Under the pieces are notes generated by a model. The model did no database searches, was not told the DNA's origin, and saw only the letters and a program-made list of their open reading frames with translations. The position numbers were made by a program, and so were the translations under genes. A stretch of DNA of 63,052 nt, counting the filler, from Collodictyon triciliatum (taxonomy: Eukaryota): the NCBI GenBank assembly GCA_043381765.1. It is 6 parts of 6 records of this genome, joined end to end, with 100 filler letters (N's around TTAATTAATTAA, not from the genome) between each part and the next. Parts side by side here need not be neighbours in the genome. Positions count along the whole stretch, not along the records: positions 10,516 to 21,026 come from JBHJMP010002683.1; positions 21,127 to 31,535 come from JBHJMP010002684.1; 4 more parts are not named here. One strand, given 5' to 3'. Below, one piece after another: positions 11,899 through 26,000 of the stretch (position 1 is its first letter; each line of letters opens with the position of its first letter).

Positions 11899-14800
11899 AT
11901 GGCTGAAACCCCGAAAGAACTACCTTCCAGCCGTGTGAAGGAAGCCCCTGATGAAAAGGAGTAAGCACACATTTCTGACAATTATGATTTAAATACACCC
12001 ATCATATCTTTATTGTTTTGTAGTTACTATTACTATTACTATTACTATTACTATTGTTACTTTTGCTATTGTTATTAATTATGCAAATTTATAAATTTTT
12101 TAACACATAACTGAGAGACCATTTGCCCTTGAGAGCTGCCTATTTTTATATTTTTTTTAAACTGATAAATGGAATTTTTTTATTTGTTTATATCCATAAT
12201 TTATTTTTTTTTTGTTTTATAGGAAAAAGCGCACATACAGTTTTCAGGAAATCTTAAGTATTAGGGACAAAGTAAGAGGCCAGCCACCACCAGCAAACTC
12301 TCACCTCGATCAAATCAAGTAACTTCACTAGTCATATTATATATACCATGATGAAATCCATGGGAATACATAGATTTTAAAATGTTTCGAATACCAAATT
12401 AATTATGGGATTATTCATCCTGATTGCGAATGAAGCAATAATATAATTTTCATTTCTTATCGTGCATTTTTCTTTTTCTAGCTTCTTCAAACCAATTGAC
12501 CGAGAATCATACCAGGAATCCTCTTTTCAGCACGCAAGAATGCCTAAAACTGTATCCAGCTGGAAGAAAATGTAAACCGACTAAAATAGTGGCACACATC
12601 ATACGCACAATTACTATCTTTCTATAAGAATCGATATCATTATACTAATATATTCATGCACGATTTTTTTTATCAACGCATGCAAAAACACAGCGATGAA
12701 TATCCCGGTCAGTTGAATTACCTAAATTTGTCTCGAGCAAATCATTATGTTACTATGTTTACAATCATTTACTAAAGTAGCCGTAATCTCATTTTACCTT
12801 CATCCTCTAAAGTTAATACCAATTTGTAGATTATTCGAAAATAGATCGAGGAGCAAAGCCATTCAATCAACGACAAACATACAACCAAATACAGGTAAGT
12901 CAATATTTCATATCAAATGGCATTTTCCCTGACTGACTCATGGTCCAAATGTGATTGCAAATTGCCATATTTGAAATACATGATGAATGTCACATCGAAA
13001 CAATTCTTTAAGTAATTTTTTTATCTTTGTTCAGAGCCATCAGCCAAGGAAAAAAATTGTAGAGGATTCGTTAGAAGATTCACTTTGTGAGTAAATGATG
13101 AGTCGATTACATTAAGATTTCATAAGTTGAATTGTTTTACAAAACATCTTACATACTTTCATTTTGAAATATATCTAGGGGACGAACCCGAAGAGGGGGG
13201 CGACACAAATCCATTTTCACTCCAAGAAATGTCCCAACGGACATCGGAGTTGATGAGGATTAATGAAAGTAATCATAATAAAAAACAATCCAGTGTTTCT
13301 ACTAGTTTAGTAGTACAAGAGAAAAAAGGTTTTATTTATACATTAATTAAAAAAATTAAAGCCTATGAAATAAATCAAATTCTTGCATGTGCTTTTTCTA
13401 ACTGTAGCATTACACATATTAACATTTGTACTCAATTGTGAAAATTAAATTATAATATAATCACAAAAGAACCTACACTTCTCGCATCAGAGAAGATTGA
13501 GCCTGTTGAAGCTCCGCTAGCTAATGTAGAGGGGGATGAAGATGTAAGATTTTGATTTTTACTTTATGACTCTAATGGATACGTTTTTATGCAACGTTAT
13601 ATTTCGTAATATCTTTCCCATTCAATTATAATTATCCTCCTTTTATCCCTGTCAAACTAATTATTCATTTTAAGGATATCAGCGGAAGTAGGTTACTTCA
13701 ATCAATAAGTGAGTTACTGTTACTAACTCCCGATTTTCTATACGATGCCACCACGTTTGATCAACGTTTCCTTTCTGCCATATGCTTTTGCTTCACTCAC
13801 CCTTTTTTTTTTTTTTTTATAAAAAAAACCACTCAGAGCAACAATCACTCGCTAACAGTGGAATAGTGGCTGAAAAAGGTCGTCTTGCCGGGTATATACA
13901 CACTGTCTTTTTTTATTTTATACACATGAGTGGCCACCCCATATCCACGAATGATTTCTTTATTTATGGTTGAACCTACAGATGGATATGTATGTTCTCA
14001 GATTTTCTCTCTCCATCATCCTTTGAAAATTTGAAACAAACGATTACATCTCAATTGTAATCGGTCTTCGAAAAAAAACTTTGTATTATTCGTTTTTATG
14101 CTTAGCTCCCACGACCCACCTGGAAAGACATTAACTACTCCTTCAGTTTATCTTGACCAATCGACTCTTTTTCCTCCTGCCGACCAACACCAAGCATTTG
14201 GATCTTTTCTGTTTGGATCCTCATTCAGTCAAGCCGACACGAATGGAGCTAGTTGGTCTTCACAACAGCAAAACACACACCACACCCACGTATCTTACAC
14301 AGGACACTCCAATAGTATAGCTAATGGCCACCACGAAGTCCCATTCAAAACTTACCACGCAAATGACACGTCCACAAACCAACACTCTCAAGGATTGCAT
14401 TCCCTTCCGCAAACTCTTCCAGCCGCTCCCTTTCAGAGCACAACAGACTCCACTTATGGGAAACGCACTAATACTCTGTCTGAACCCACACAACAAAACA
14501 AATTACAGTCAGTATTTCCGTCTATGCCTCCGACTGACGGGAACAACGTACCCATTCCTTTTCCAATCCCATCCTATACCCAGTCATCTATCACACCTTA
14601 CTTGGCACAGTTTGCTGGGAATCAGTCCTCCAAACAAGGCCAGCCCCTCGCAACTGCGCCTCCACGTGAAGATACACCAAAGAATCACGCACAAGCAATC
14701 AATGCATCGATTCTTAATCCACCCAATCACATACCACAAAGTTTTCACCACCCACAGCACCTAAACAGGACAGCACCCAACACCACCCACAGCCATTATT

Positions 14801-15673
14801 CTCGACAAATCATAAACGGAAGCGCACAAGTAGACCCAACATTAGACCTCAGCAGCAGTTTCAACCCAGCGCAAAAGCCATCCATCCCTAACTTTGCTCC
14901 ATACCAGAGTGCACATTCTTTTGCAAGTGTTCCTGTGCAAACACAACCACAGCTTCCCCTTCAGCCCCCTTTCCCATCACTCACCGGGGAATTCAATCAG
15001 CCGAACCAAATACCTGTCGCAAAAACGGCGAACACTAATCGGACAGACTCAGCTCATCATTACGCCTTGCAGTCTGCCCAGCAAAATCTGATGCAAGCTC
15101 CTTTCGCCTTCCCTCACCCATTACAGCCTTTCCCGACTCCAAAAGGTGCTTTGTCGTCGGCTTACATCGACCCCACAATGCTCTTTGGGCCTCTACCTTC
15201 TGTGGGCAACTTTCCTCAGGCGGGGCTGCATTCTACGAACGCACACGGCTTCGGGGCGCAAACATCGTTGCAACCCGGCTCGAATATTCTGTCGCAGGTC
15301 TTTGCTGCCCCAAACGGACTAAACGATGTCCCGCAAAATCACACGAAACCCTCTGCGTCAAGTGGTTCGAAAACGCTGGAGGAAATCGAGAAGCAGGTAT
15401 GTGATTATGAGCTATCCTTCTCGTCTTTTTCATCTCTTGTTGCTTTTGACGTGTGGGATGGCATCCTGAGTGTGAAGATGATACTTTCCCTATCTCTGCC
15501 TCTCTTTTTCTTTATTATGAAAAGAAAACACATGAATATGGAGCGTTCTAATGAAAAAAAAAAATACATTTCTTTGTATGATTAAATGAGTCCAACTTTT
15601 TTTCTTTTCAAAAAAAAAAAAAAAGTTGCTCTCTAGAGCCGGACAGCCAGATCTAAACCCTGCGAGGCGGTAG
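11899..15673 (+). CDS. Multi-exon, largely disordered Q/P/S/H-rich protein; possible eIF4E-binding (4E-T-like) protein
   Basis: MAETPKELPSSRVKEAPDEKE|KKRTYSFQEILSIRDK...; large exon ~14105-15397 ending KTLEEIEKQ|LLSRAGQPDLNPARR*. The gene is well supported; its function is inferred only from short motifs. Confidence 0.6.
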
Positions 15674-16109
15674 ATGACGTTGGGTTTTTCTATTCAAACA
15701 AGCATACGAAGAAACAAAAACAACAAAAACAACAAAAACAACAAAAAAGGCACCAAAAACAACAAAAACAACAAAAACAACAAAAACAACAAACAACAAA
15801 AACAACAAAAACAACAAAAACAACAAAAACAACAAAAACAACAAAAACAACAAAAACAACAACAAAATCGTGGATTTTATTATTCTTGAATGCGCGAGTG
15901 CCATGCAAAAACTGAAGGAAAAGCCAAAGGAAATAATTCCAGTGTTCGAATGACTCCGGGTAGGAACGTGCATCACTAACTGGCTTAAGCATATGCTGAT
16001 TCCTCAGTTCCATTCGTTCAGCTGTCTTATCATGAGAAAGAAATTATGTGTATAAAGATGGCCTTAGTGCAACTGGGACATGGACTCAATAAATCCACAT
16101 GAATTAAAA

Positions 16110-16208
16110 ATAAGAAAAGAAAAGAAAAGAAAAGAAAAGAAAAGAAAAGAAAAGAAAAGAAAAGAAAAGAAAAGAAAAGAAAAGAAAAGAAAAGAAAAGA
16201 AAAGAAAA
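16110..16208. repeat. (AAAAG)n microsatellite
   Basis: Directly visible. Confidence 0.95.
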
Positions 16209-16209
16209 C

Positions 16210-18482
16210 CTATTCATGCTTTGTTCTTAGAATTTGGCTTTCTAGCGAGTGACATGCGACATGAAGAATTACAGGGTTGATATCTGAGCAAATATTGGTA
16301 TTCATGAAGAGAAAATGAATATAGAAAATGTCCGACAAGAGAATGATTCGAATAAAGCATAGAAACAAAAGAAAACAAAAGAAAAGACAGTAAAAGGAAA
16401 TAAGAGACAAATAAGAAAAGGAGAAACGCTAACCGAGGTATACAGCCATGTACTCCACAAGGAATACGTATTGCCGATGGAAAGGGTCCAGCGAACACCC
16501 TTCGCTTGAATAATTAACGAATACGTGCGACGGGTGCTTTCCTCGACTCTGCGGCCTGAGTCGTTTTGATACGAAAGAGATAACATGATAAACTGCAAGA
16601 CTGTGATATGTGTATATTACTAATGTTTCTTCTGGAATAATTCAAAAGTAAATCATCCACAAAAATATATTGCTTTTTCAAAGTTCCTTTTGTCTAATAA
16701 CAATTCTAATATAAATAGTATATAAGAGGATAACCAGCCAAAAATTGTATTGTTTTAAAAATCGATAGATGTTATCTATGAAAGAACATATTTATGATTG
16801 AAAAGTTATGTCTGAGGATTAGTGATTCAAAATATGAAAACAATAAGCTTGGTGAAATGAAAATACACACTGGCCAGGAATGATATCAGGTTCTGGGCGG
16901 CACTGTTTCAGAATATCAGGGGGCTGCACGATTACTGAGAAAGCATTCATCAAACTACTACAACTCCTCTTCGCATCCAAAGACATTGACTAAACGTGTC
17001 AATCTAGACCACCAAATACATATGAAGCTTACTGTGTTCAACTTCAGTCATGACAGGCAAGTCGCCTGAAATACTTTCCATCACTATTGCCGAATCTTTA
17101 AACCCTATCATAGAGCACCTAACTCAGTAAGTTTTTCTATAACCCCATATTTGTCAACGAAGTGATTTTTTAAAAAAAAAGAAAAAGAAAAGGCTAGTGT
17201 GATATGAATCGTAGGGGAAAGAATCTCTTTCTCTTTCATCTTCTTTCTCATAATTCCCTCCACTTAATCTAGCCATATATATTGAAAAGGGCATGATTAA
17301 AGGCAAACTTTTCCTTCTTTTCAAATCAAGAATGATTTTCTCTGAATAGAACTTCTGGTAGTCGGCTGATTTCTGCACGCCCATCTTGTGTACACGCCTT
17401 TATGGGTTAAAATATCTTTAATTTTATGAACCCCTTCTTTCTTTCTTTCTTCCTTTCTTTTTTCCCAAAGAAGATTTGATATACAATTTCGTTACTAGAC
17501 TGACGTTTGCATGTTGGATTCATCTATACTGGTAAAGTATGCTTTGATGGGATTTTGAAGAAAGTGCAACATTAGATCAGCCCACGAGGGTAGCATATCG
17601 AGGAGCTAGCTCGAAATAATCAGACATGAGGACATTTAGTATAAATATGAGGATTGTCGATTAGATAAAAATAATGGGTCAAGCCGTGTTACCAGTTTTC
17701 AAAAATGATATATATATGCACAATATTCTATGACTTGTAAGTAAAGATAATTCAATTTATACATTTCATAAAACTTTATACGCTATAAACTACACTGGTG
17801 TGAATGTATATATTTGTAATTCAACATAGTCGATACTGATGGGTTTTGCAATTATTTCTAATAAATCGCATTATAAATAAAGTAAAATACATCATCGTGA
17901 ATGTCTGATTTCAAATCATCAAGTCCGTAACACATTTTCAAAGCCGTGATAATAAAACTCATTATTATGACGCAGCTAGTTCTCCTTGTTGGCTCTTCAT
18001 CTACGGTCGGTGTGCTGGGCAGTATAAGGTGAGGGAATATCTCTATATCATTTCTAATTACTAAAGTATGAAAGATGAGGTATTGTTGAATAGCTCAATA
18101 CTTACATATTCGATGACCTTTGGGATGTGAGTGTCGGAGAATATTTATGAAAGAGATATACAACACCTTTGAATAAGATATCTATAGTACATAAAGGAGT
18201 CAGGTCTAGTCTTCAGTGACCTTCATCGCCTACTTTTCTCTTTTCTTTTCTTTTTAAAAAACATATAGGAATTTAAAATAGACCAATTACAGTGCAGTAT
18301 GCTTACGTGGAAGGCCAAGGTGATGCATAAAGCGGTGTATGATGCCTTCTGCGTGGATAGGAGGGAACTTCACATCAGGAAATAAATTGATGATGGCTTG
18401 CACTGTTTTGAGTATCTTTTCATGGCTTTGCATACACTAAAAATGGTTTTGTTTTGAGAAATATAATTGCAAGATAACTGTA

Positions 18483-18551
<69 letters not shown>

Positions 18552-20988
18552 ACTTAAGTAAATATTTTGCCTCTTCCAGAATTCTGCTTTATATATACTT
18601 TTCTATTCTAGCAGATAAGGGAAATAAAACCCTACGTGCCCAAAACAGATTTTTCGTGCAACCTCCTCATCAATGTTGTCCGGAATCATGTGAAACGTGT
18701 TTAAGAAAGGGATAGTACCACTTATTGCCCATCTGCGATTACAATTTTTAGAAAGTATTTGATTAAAATAATACTAATTGCAACAATATTAATACTAACA
18801 AAAATTACCGACGCAGATCAGAGATGGTAATGGGTTCACGATTCCAGAGAATTGAAACGTATAGAAGAGATATTGTTATAGAAATGGGAGATACGTAAAA
18901 TCTAGTTTGTATTGAGTTGCAATTAATAATATATATTTTAGGAATACTAGCACGTTGAGTTTGATCAGTGCCACCATAAATATCCATCCAAGCACACACG
19001 AAATATGATAAATAAAGTTTTTTTTGTTGTTGTTGTTGCGTATATGTACCCGTCATTAGCATAGTATTTTTCAATCTTGATCAGTTCATGGTTGCCTAAT
19101 TGAATGTGGTAAATGCTATCGAAGATGGAAATCTCGTCATCATCACTGAAACCCAAATCTTCATCAGGTTCTTCCTCTTTGTCTGTTTCATCTAACTTGA
19201 ACTTCCTGTTCTTGCCCGCATATACGTCCTGCTCTTCAGGGCTAAGGTCAAGTTTCTATAAAGATTGACATACATTGGTATATATTTGGAACATCTCAAC
19301 TAAGAATGTAAAATATTATGCAATTTTTTTTATATATGTGGTAGCTTCATTACGTACTTCATATTCTGTTTCTTTTTTTAACCTTGAAAGGGATGTCAAA
19401 ATAAACATTTATGGGTGTTAAATGTAAATATATCTTAATATACAATTATGTATTTTCTTAACAAAATTATAAAGGATTCGTTCCATACTTTAAATCTAAT
19501 GAAGGAAAAATATTCATTCATAATTTTTTTTTAGAAAAAACCTTTTTGCAGCCTTCATAATTCGTCTCCTTTTTTGGTTATAAACAGAGTTTTTTCTTCT
19601 GTAAAATCATAAAGTACATATATGAATACTATTTCCCCTTAGGTTCAATCCAAGGGAAGCAAATTTAACAAATAAGCTAGTATGTTTCTGATAACATCAA
19701 TTATGAGAGTACAAGGGGTTTAAAACATAGCACGATATATTTAATACCTTTGAATAATCTTATTCTCCTCGTAGTTTAGAAATGCAAACCATACTTTACG
19801 GGCTGTTTGATACAAGGTATCATCACATCCACACCTTTCGATAAGGCATTCAACCTAGTTTACCATGATAAAAAACATATTTTTTTTAAGAGTATATCAA
19901 TATATAAAAAAATCAAATAATCGTGCCTATAATTGTTACTACAGACATATGAGCTTTCATGATTATATACACCTGTTTCTGAAAAATGAATTGCAACGTC
20001 ATCGAAGCAGCTTGCAATCCAGTAGATTTGGCTGTTCCAGGTTCACTTTTACTCTTATGCTCATCTCTTATCATAAGGGAGGCACTGTCCGCTATTTTGT
20101 AAGTTTTATTGTGTTTCCATTCAATAGCGGTGAAAGAAAAAGAAGCATACTGTGATTAATAACAAAATGCACACTACAGCTCATAAGAAGAAAAAAACCA
20201 CTCTGGGCGATTTTTAGTTAAGGTATGAAATATTAGAATCATGATGATTTATTAGTATTTCAGCCGAACATATTTGCGAAGTCATCTTAGTTTTCATAAG
20301 CGTGTGGCCCATTCTTTCGCCTATTTCATCAACTTCTTCTTGGAACCGCTATGAGATACGCGCACAATTACAAATTAAAAGGAGCGAAGCAAGTCTATTT
20401 TATCTTAAAACCTCCTTGATTCACTTTGAGTATGTATGGACATAATCATTTGCGGATAGTACAAGAATTACAAAGAAAGAATTAAAAGAAAGAATTAAAA
20501 AGAAAGAATAAAAAGAAAGAATAAAAAGAAAGAATAAAAAGAAAGAATAAAAAGAAAGAATAAAAAGAAAGAATAAAAAGAAAGAATAAAAAGANNNNNN
20601 NNNNAGAATTAATAAGAAAGAATTAATAAGAAAGAATTAATAAGAAAGAATTAATAAGAAAGAATTAATAAGAAAGAATTAAAAAAGAAAGAATTAAAAA
20701 AGAAAGAATTAAAAAAGAAAGAATTAAAAAAGAAAGAATAAAAAGAAAGAATAAAAAGAAAGAATAAAAAGAAAGAATAAAAAGAAAGAATAAGATAAAG
20801 AAAAAGAAAAAGAAAAAGAAAAATTAAAAAGAAAGAATAAAAAGAAAAAGAAAAAGAAAAAGAATAAACCAAACATGCAAAACACCGCAGTCATCGCAAA
20901 TGAATTGTCCCGCGTCATCCTCCGAGAAAGAAAAGCCATAACAGGCGCGACACCTGCGTGCCCGACGACGTCTCTGGGACGATTCCAT
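16210..20988 (-). CDS. TAF1B: RNA polymerase I initiation factor TAF1B/Rrn7 (TFIIB-like), multi-exon
   Basis: Zn ribbon MESSQRRRRARRCRACYGFSFSEDDAGQFICDDCGVLH; LQFIFQKQ|VECLIERCGCDDTLYQTARKVWFAFL; ISLLYVSILWNREPITISDLRR|WAISGTIPFL; C-terminal FHRQYVFLVEYMAVYL|DINPVILHVACHSLESQILRTKHE*. Confidence 0.85.
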
Positions 20989-21026
20989 TCCGCCGGTCCC
21001 CTTCTGAAAAGAACGTCAAGGAAAAC

Positions 21027-21126
21027 NNNNNNNNNNNNNNNNNNNNNNNNNNNNNNNNNNNNNNNNNNNNTTAATTAATTAANNNNNNNNNNNNNNNNNN
21101 NNNNNNNNNNNNNNNNNNNNNNNNNN
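21027..21126. other. Artificial contig linker
   Basis: N44-TTAATTAATTAA-N44. Confidence 0.97.

Positions 21127-21215
<89 letters not shown>
21127..21215. repeat. (CTAT)n microsatellite at contig start
   Basis: Directly visible. Confidence 0.95.
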
Positions 21216-21216
<1 letters not shown>

Positions 21217-23073
21217 GCATTTTTTATATTTTTTTTTTAAAAAAGGAATCACAAGAAAGGTGTAGTGATTGTCATTCATGAAAGGAAACCATGCGCCGTT
21301 TTTTGTTATAGCAAAGGTCCATACATCGATTTTGCTTAATTTTTTGATTATAGAAAATCGTCTTTTAACAAGACAAAAAATTGAATGAGAAAAAATTGGA
21401 ACCAAAGCTTGATGTAAGGCGATAGAAGAAGGTCATCAGGTCAAGGTAACAATCAGGAAACGAGACTGACTGACCAGAAGCAATTCAAGAAAGCGTAATG
21501 AAGTTGAAGACGGCGTAATGGAACAAACAAGGCTGAGTGCACAATACATATTGTTGTACATAAAAAGGGAAAACACAATAGTGCAATAAAATATGCACAA
21601 AATGAAGACATAAACACACGAAATTAAAGAAAGCAGAAATTTGATTATGAAAAAAATTGTGCTTTATGTGCAATCGTTAACGTATACAATTTACACGAAT
21701 AATAGTGTGGGTCTCTTTCTCTGAGGATACATTCCACTTTACAGCTCATATTACTACAAGATTATCATGTAGGAAAGCGATGCTTGCTCTGATTGAATAA
21801 AAACATATCCTGTTACTATTTTAAGCAAAAAAAATAAGACAAAATAAATAAAAGTAGCAAATGGATTGAGGACAACCTTGATATGTACCGTTCAAATGAA
21901 GCAGCAAGACCAATACACAACTAATAATCTTTAAGCATCAAGGGCTTGTGCAACGAAACCAATCTGTTATCTATGCATTACCAAAATAGTATTCATAGTC
22001 CAATAAGATATTTCAAATGATTTATTATTCTGAGAGACTTAAGCATAGTACTTTAGTTTTTTTGGAAAAGGCTTATGAGGAAACAAATTTGTGGGATATC
22101 AAAGATAATGAGGAAAGAAAACTTTGCTTTTGTGAGTGCATATATTGTGGTTCGTAATAAAGAAAAAAAGAGTAAAAAATAAAAAGAACGACTGGGACGT
22201 AGAGAAAAGAAAGTAATCTCATAAGAGACAGAGAAATACATAAACAGGAATGCAAATAATTTTAAAATAAAAGAACGGGTTTACCTCTATATAAAACATA
22301 TCACTTAATGCATGCTGTTGGATATAATGCATCACTGATCGCCTATCCCTAGTGAATGATACAAAGCTGGCCATAGATTAGACTACAAACTGAGATTAAG
22401 TAGGGATATATATCAAAGTGATATTAGTCAAGCATGCTTATTCCTCCAGGGATACGTACACGTGAAGCGAAGCATATGTAGACACCTAGTATTGAATAAT
22501 CTATACAAAATAAAAACCGGGAAAGAGACTAAACCTTGCCTCTCTCTCATCATCCTGCACAAAAGTTGAAAGGAAGAATAAAAAAAACTCATCCAGTGGA
22601 ATGAAATAGGATGTAAACCTTGTCTGAGATAGACGATTGAAAGGACTCGTCGGAATCGATTTGAGAAATAACTGCCATGTGCGTGTACTTTCATCGACCT
22701 GACAACTTTATGCGTTCTCCTGTCAGTCTCGAATACAACCAGAAATCGCGTCGGAGCTGATTCACCTCTGGTAGAATAGTCTGCGTGTGAGAACACTTTC
22801 CCTACTTTCTATTTTGTTACTCGATATTCCTCTTCCAAAAAACACAAAAACTCCAACCACACAATCTGGGGTTTTCCACTGTCTTGTACCAGCTCATTTT
22901 TGTCCTAGAAGCGAAGGACGCCCATCATCGCGGTAAGATTCATAAGATAACCGCTCACGTTTTCCGCTAGGTTCATAAATACGTATGAAAAATGGAATGG
23001 TTCTTTTATTTTATTTCTTAGTTTGACGGTGCTGTTGATTGGGAAATCATAGCGACCATGTCAGGAGAATCTC

Positions 23074-26000
23074 TTAAAGGATTTGATTGAGAGCTGTGCC
23101 CAAAAATTTTTCAAAGAACTCAGAAATCTTGTTCTTCAATTCACTGATTCTGGGCTTGTTGGAGGTGAGCTTTGTTGCAACACCAAAGAGCAGAGCAATC
23201 ACAGAACTGAGGGCTTCCAGAGCGAATGGAATGATAAAGTCCAGAATAAACACGGCATTCAGCCCGATGATTGCAAAAACTATCCAGTCATTTCCGGGCA
23301 CTAGTTGTTGAACCAGCGCACCAAAAAATGATAAATAGAGCAACAACCAGCAGTTTATTGAAAGGCTGTCATCAGAGTCCAAGAGGTACGGCTCAAATCG
23401 ATTTTGAAGTGTAATCGACATCTATAAAATAAAACTAAACCTGTTAACCCAATTTTTATTTGTAAATATATGCAAAGGCGCTCACCTGAATTAAGATGAA
23501 GAATACAAAATAGAGAATCGCCGGTGATGTGTAAGGGACAAAAAATGCTGTAAATCCAAACAAAATCGATTGAAATACTCTGATGACCACCCACCAGTAA
23601 TATTTCTACACATTTATTTTATTATTTAGACTTCTGGAGAGAAGAAAAAATCAGTAATTTTTCAATCACTTTGATTACCTCTTCGTAGATAGCAGCGATT
23701 CGACCCACTTGAATCTGGCAAATGATATCAAAAGTTGATTGGCTTATTTTGAGACTCTCATTCAACTCATTTCGTCCATTCTTACTAGACTCGATACTCT
23801 TGATTGCAATTTGTACGTTGCACTCTTGAATAGAATCACTTTTATCCTGCGTCATGAAGTTTATTTAATATATATTTGATATAAATTATTTAATATTTAA
23901 TCAAACCGAATCAGTTTGCACAGCTTTTTCTCGTATCTGTTCATTTATAATTCTTCTAGAACTTCTCGCTCTTTTAACGATTAACCACAATAGACTTGGA
24001 TACAGAATCATATACAGCAAGCCCGGTATTGCAGCAGCAATCATTTTAGCATATTCATCGGTCATGGGGTTGCATTGTATCCACGGATAAGTGTTGACAT
24101 ACCACAAATCAAATCCTTTATCATATAAAGTGCATCCAAACGTGCTGATTACGTCTTGCACAACCGAAAAATATGTTCCTTCCAAGAATATAAACATAAC
24201 TCCGACAACCTGTTCATTATCACAGTCAGTTCGATCTCGTTATGCATGTATTTATATATATTTCCTTTATTAGATTCAAAGAATGTACTATTGAAGATAA
24301 AGATCGAATAAACAAACCTTCTCGACATTTTTCCAGTCTCCTTTTGAGATAAACTTTTTCAAAGCCAATAAAGCTATGAAAAATATGGCGGGGATTCGAG
24401 CCAAGTTCAGTAGCGATGTAATGTGGGGGCGATTTCCAACGATGCACTCCAGGGTTGGCAACCTCAGTGAGAACAAATTGCCGACAAATTTTCCAGCAAG
24501 GTTTATTTCTGGGAGAGTTACAATATTGCCAAGAACTTGGAGGATTTGCGTGTAAAACAAGAAAATGTCCAAGGATGCTGCAACAAGTGATTATGAATTC
24601 AACAAACAAGAAAATCAAATTATTAGTGAGATATTTATGATTTGTATACTGACCTGATTCGGTTTGGTCATCGTCTGCACCTTTAATACTGAATTTCTCC
24701 TCGATTTCGTCTACACTCTCACCTAGCCAAGCGTAGCCGACCTGATAGATAACCCCGAAAAAAAGCAGAAGAAGGAAAACAATAACCTTGAGAGCAGAGT
24801 AATCGGATGAGCATTCCCTGCATTCACCGCTGTCAAATAAGTATCCATCCTCACAAAAAGAGCAACTTCTTCCTTTGTATCCTTTTTCACACGGAAAATC
24901 ATAAGTATTGTTGCTAATGAGCATTCTCTCTGACATCAACTCTGGAATATAAAATTTGCACACGTCTGGATTCATGCACGGAACTATCTGGACTATCTTG
25001 AGAACGTCTGGTGTGAAATAGCATTTTTCCAAGGAAACACCATTACTACATTCACATTCTCTTGGACACTTTACACAATTGTCTCCAAATCCAAAGTAAC
25101 CAGGTAAGCATTTGCACAGCCCATATTCGTGGTACTTTGGGTCAATGTCCACTTCCATTTCAATCAAACCTGAACGAGAGACAACGGAAGGACATGCATA
25201 CCTGTCTGTCGTCCTTTCCAAATTGTAGGAGTCAGTGATATTTATAAAGGATGGAAGAAAATATGAAGAACCATGATTCATGCTCGTATTTTTCAAGCCT
25301 AAATAAGTCATCTTGATGAATAAATCATAAGATACAGGAATATTTCCAACAATCGGATTTCCAGTGAGGTCAAGGGAAGTCCATCTCAACAGATTTGTAA
25401 GTTCATCAAGCTTAGTGATGTTGTTATTCTTAAGGCTTAATGTTTTTACGTTGAGAACAAAGTCAAATATCCACCAATTCAGTTCTCCATTCAATTGGTT
25501 GTCATCAAGCAAAAGGTTTTCATAAAAACAATTGTAATTTAATGGATCTGGAACGACGAAGATGCCAATATCTCCAGAAAATGAGTTATTTCTCAAGTCA
25601 ATGGTGGCTAGATTTGGCAGATTCCAGAATGAATCAGGCATGCTTCCAGAAAATTTATTGTGGGATAAAACGAGTGATTTCAGCTCATAGAATTCCTGAA
25701 AACGATCTGGTATTGTGGCTTCCATTTGGTTCCACGACAAGTCGATGTATTGAATTGAAGGCACATTCCAGTATTCTGGAATAGAGCCACTGATTTGGTT
25801 TTCGCTCACATCTAGTCTTGTCAGATTATTCAGATTGAACATCGGTAGTGTGCCCGACAACTTGTTTCGGAACAACAATATTTCCTTGATGTTTTCACAA
25901 TATTTGAAATCTGGAACCTCTCCCTCCAACTGATTATTATAAACAGAAATAATCTCCAGTTTACGCATGTTTGAGAAGTTTGGAATTGTGCCTAAAATTA

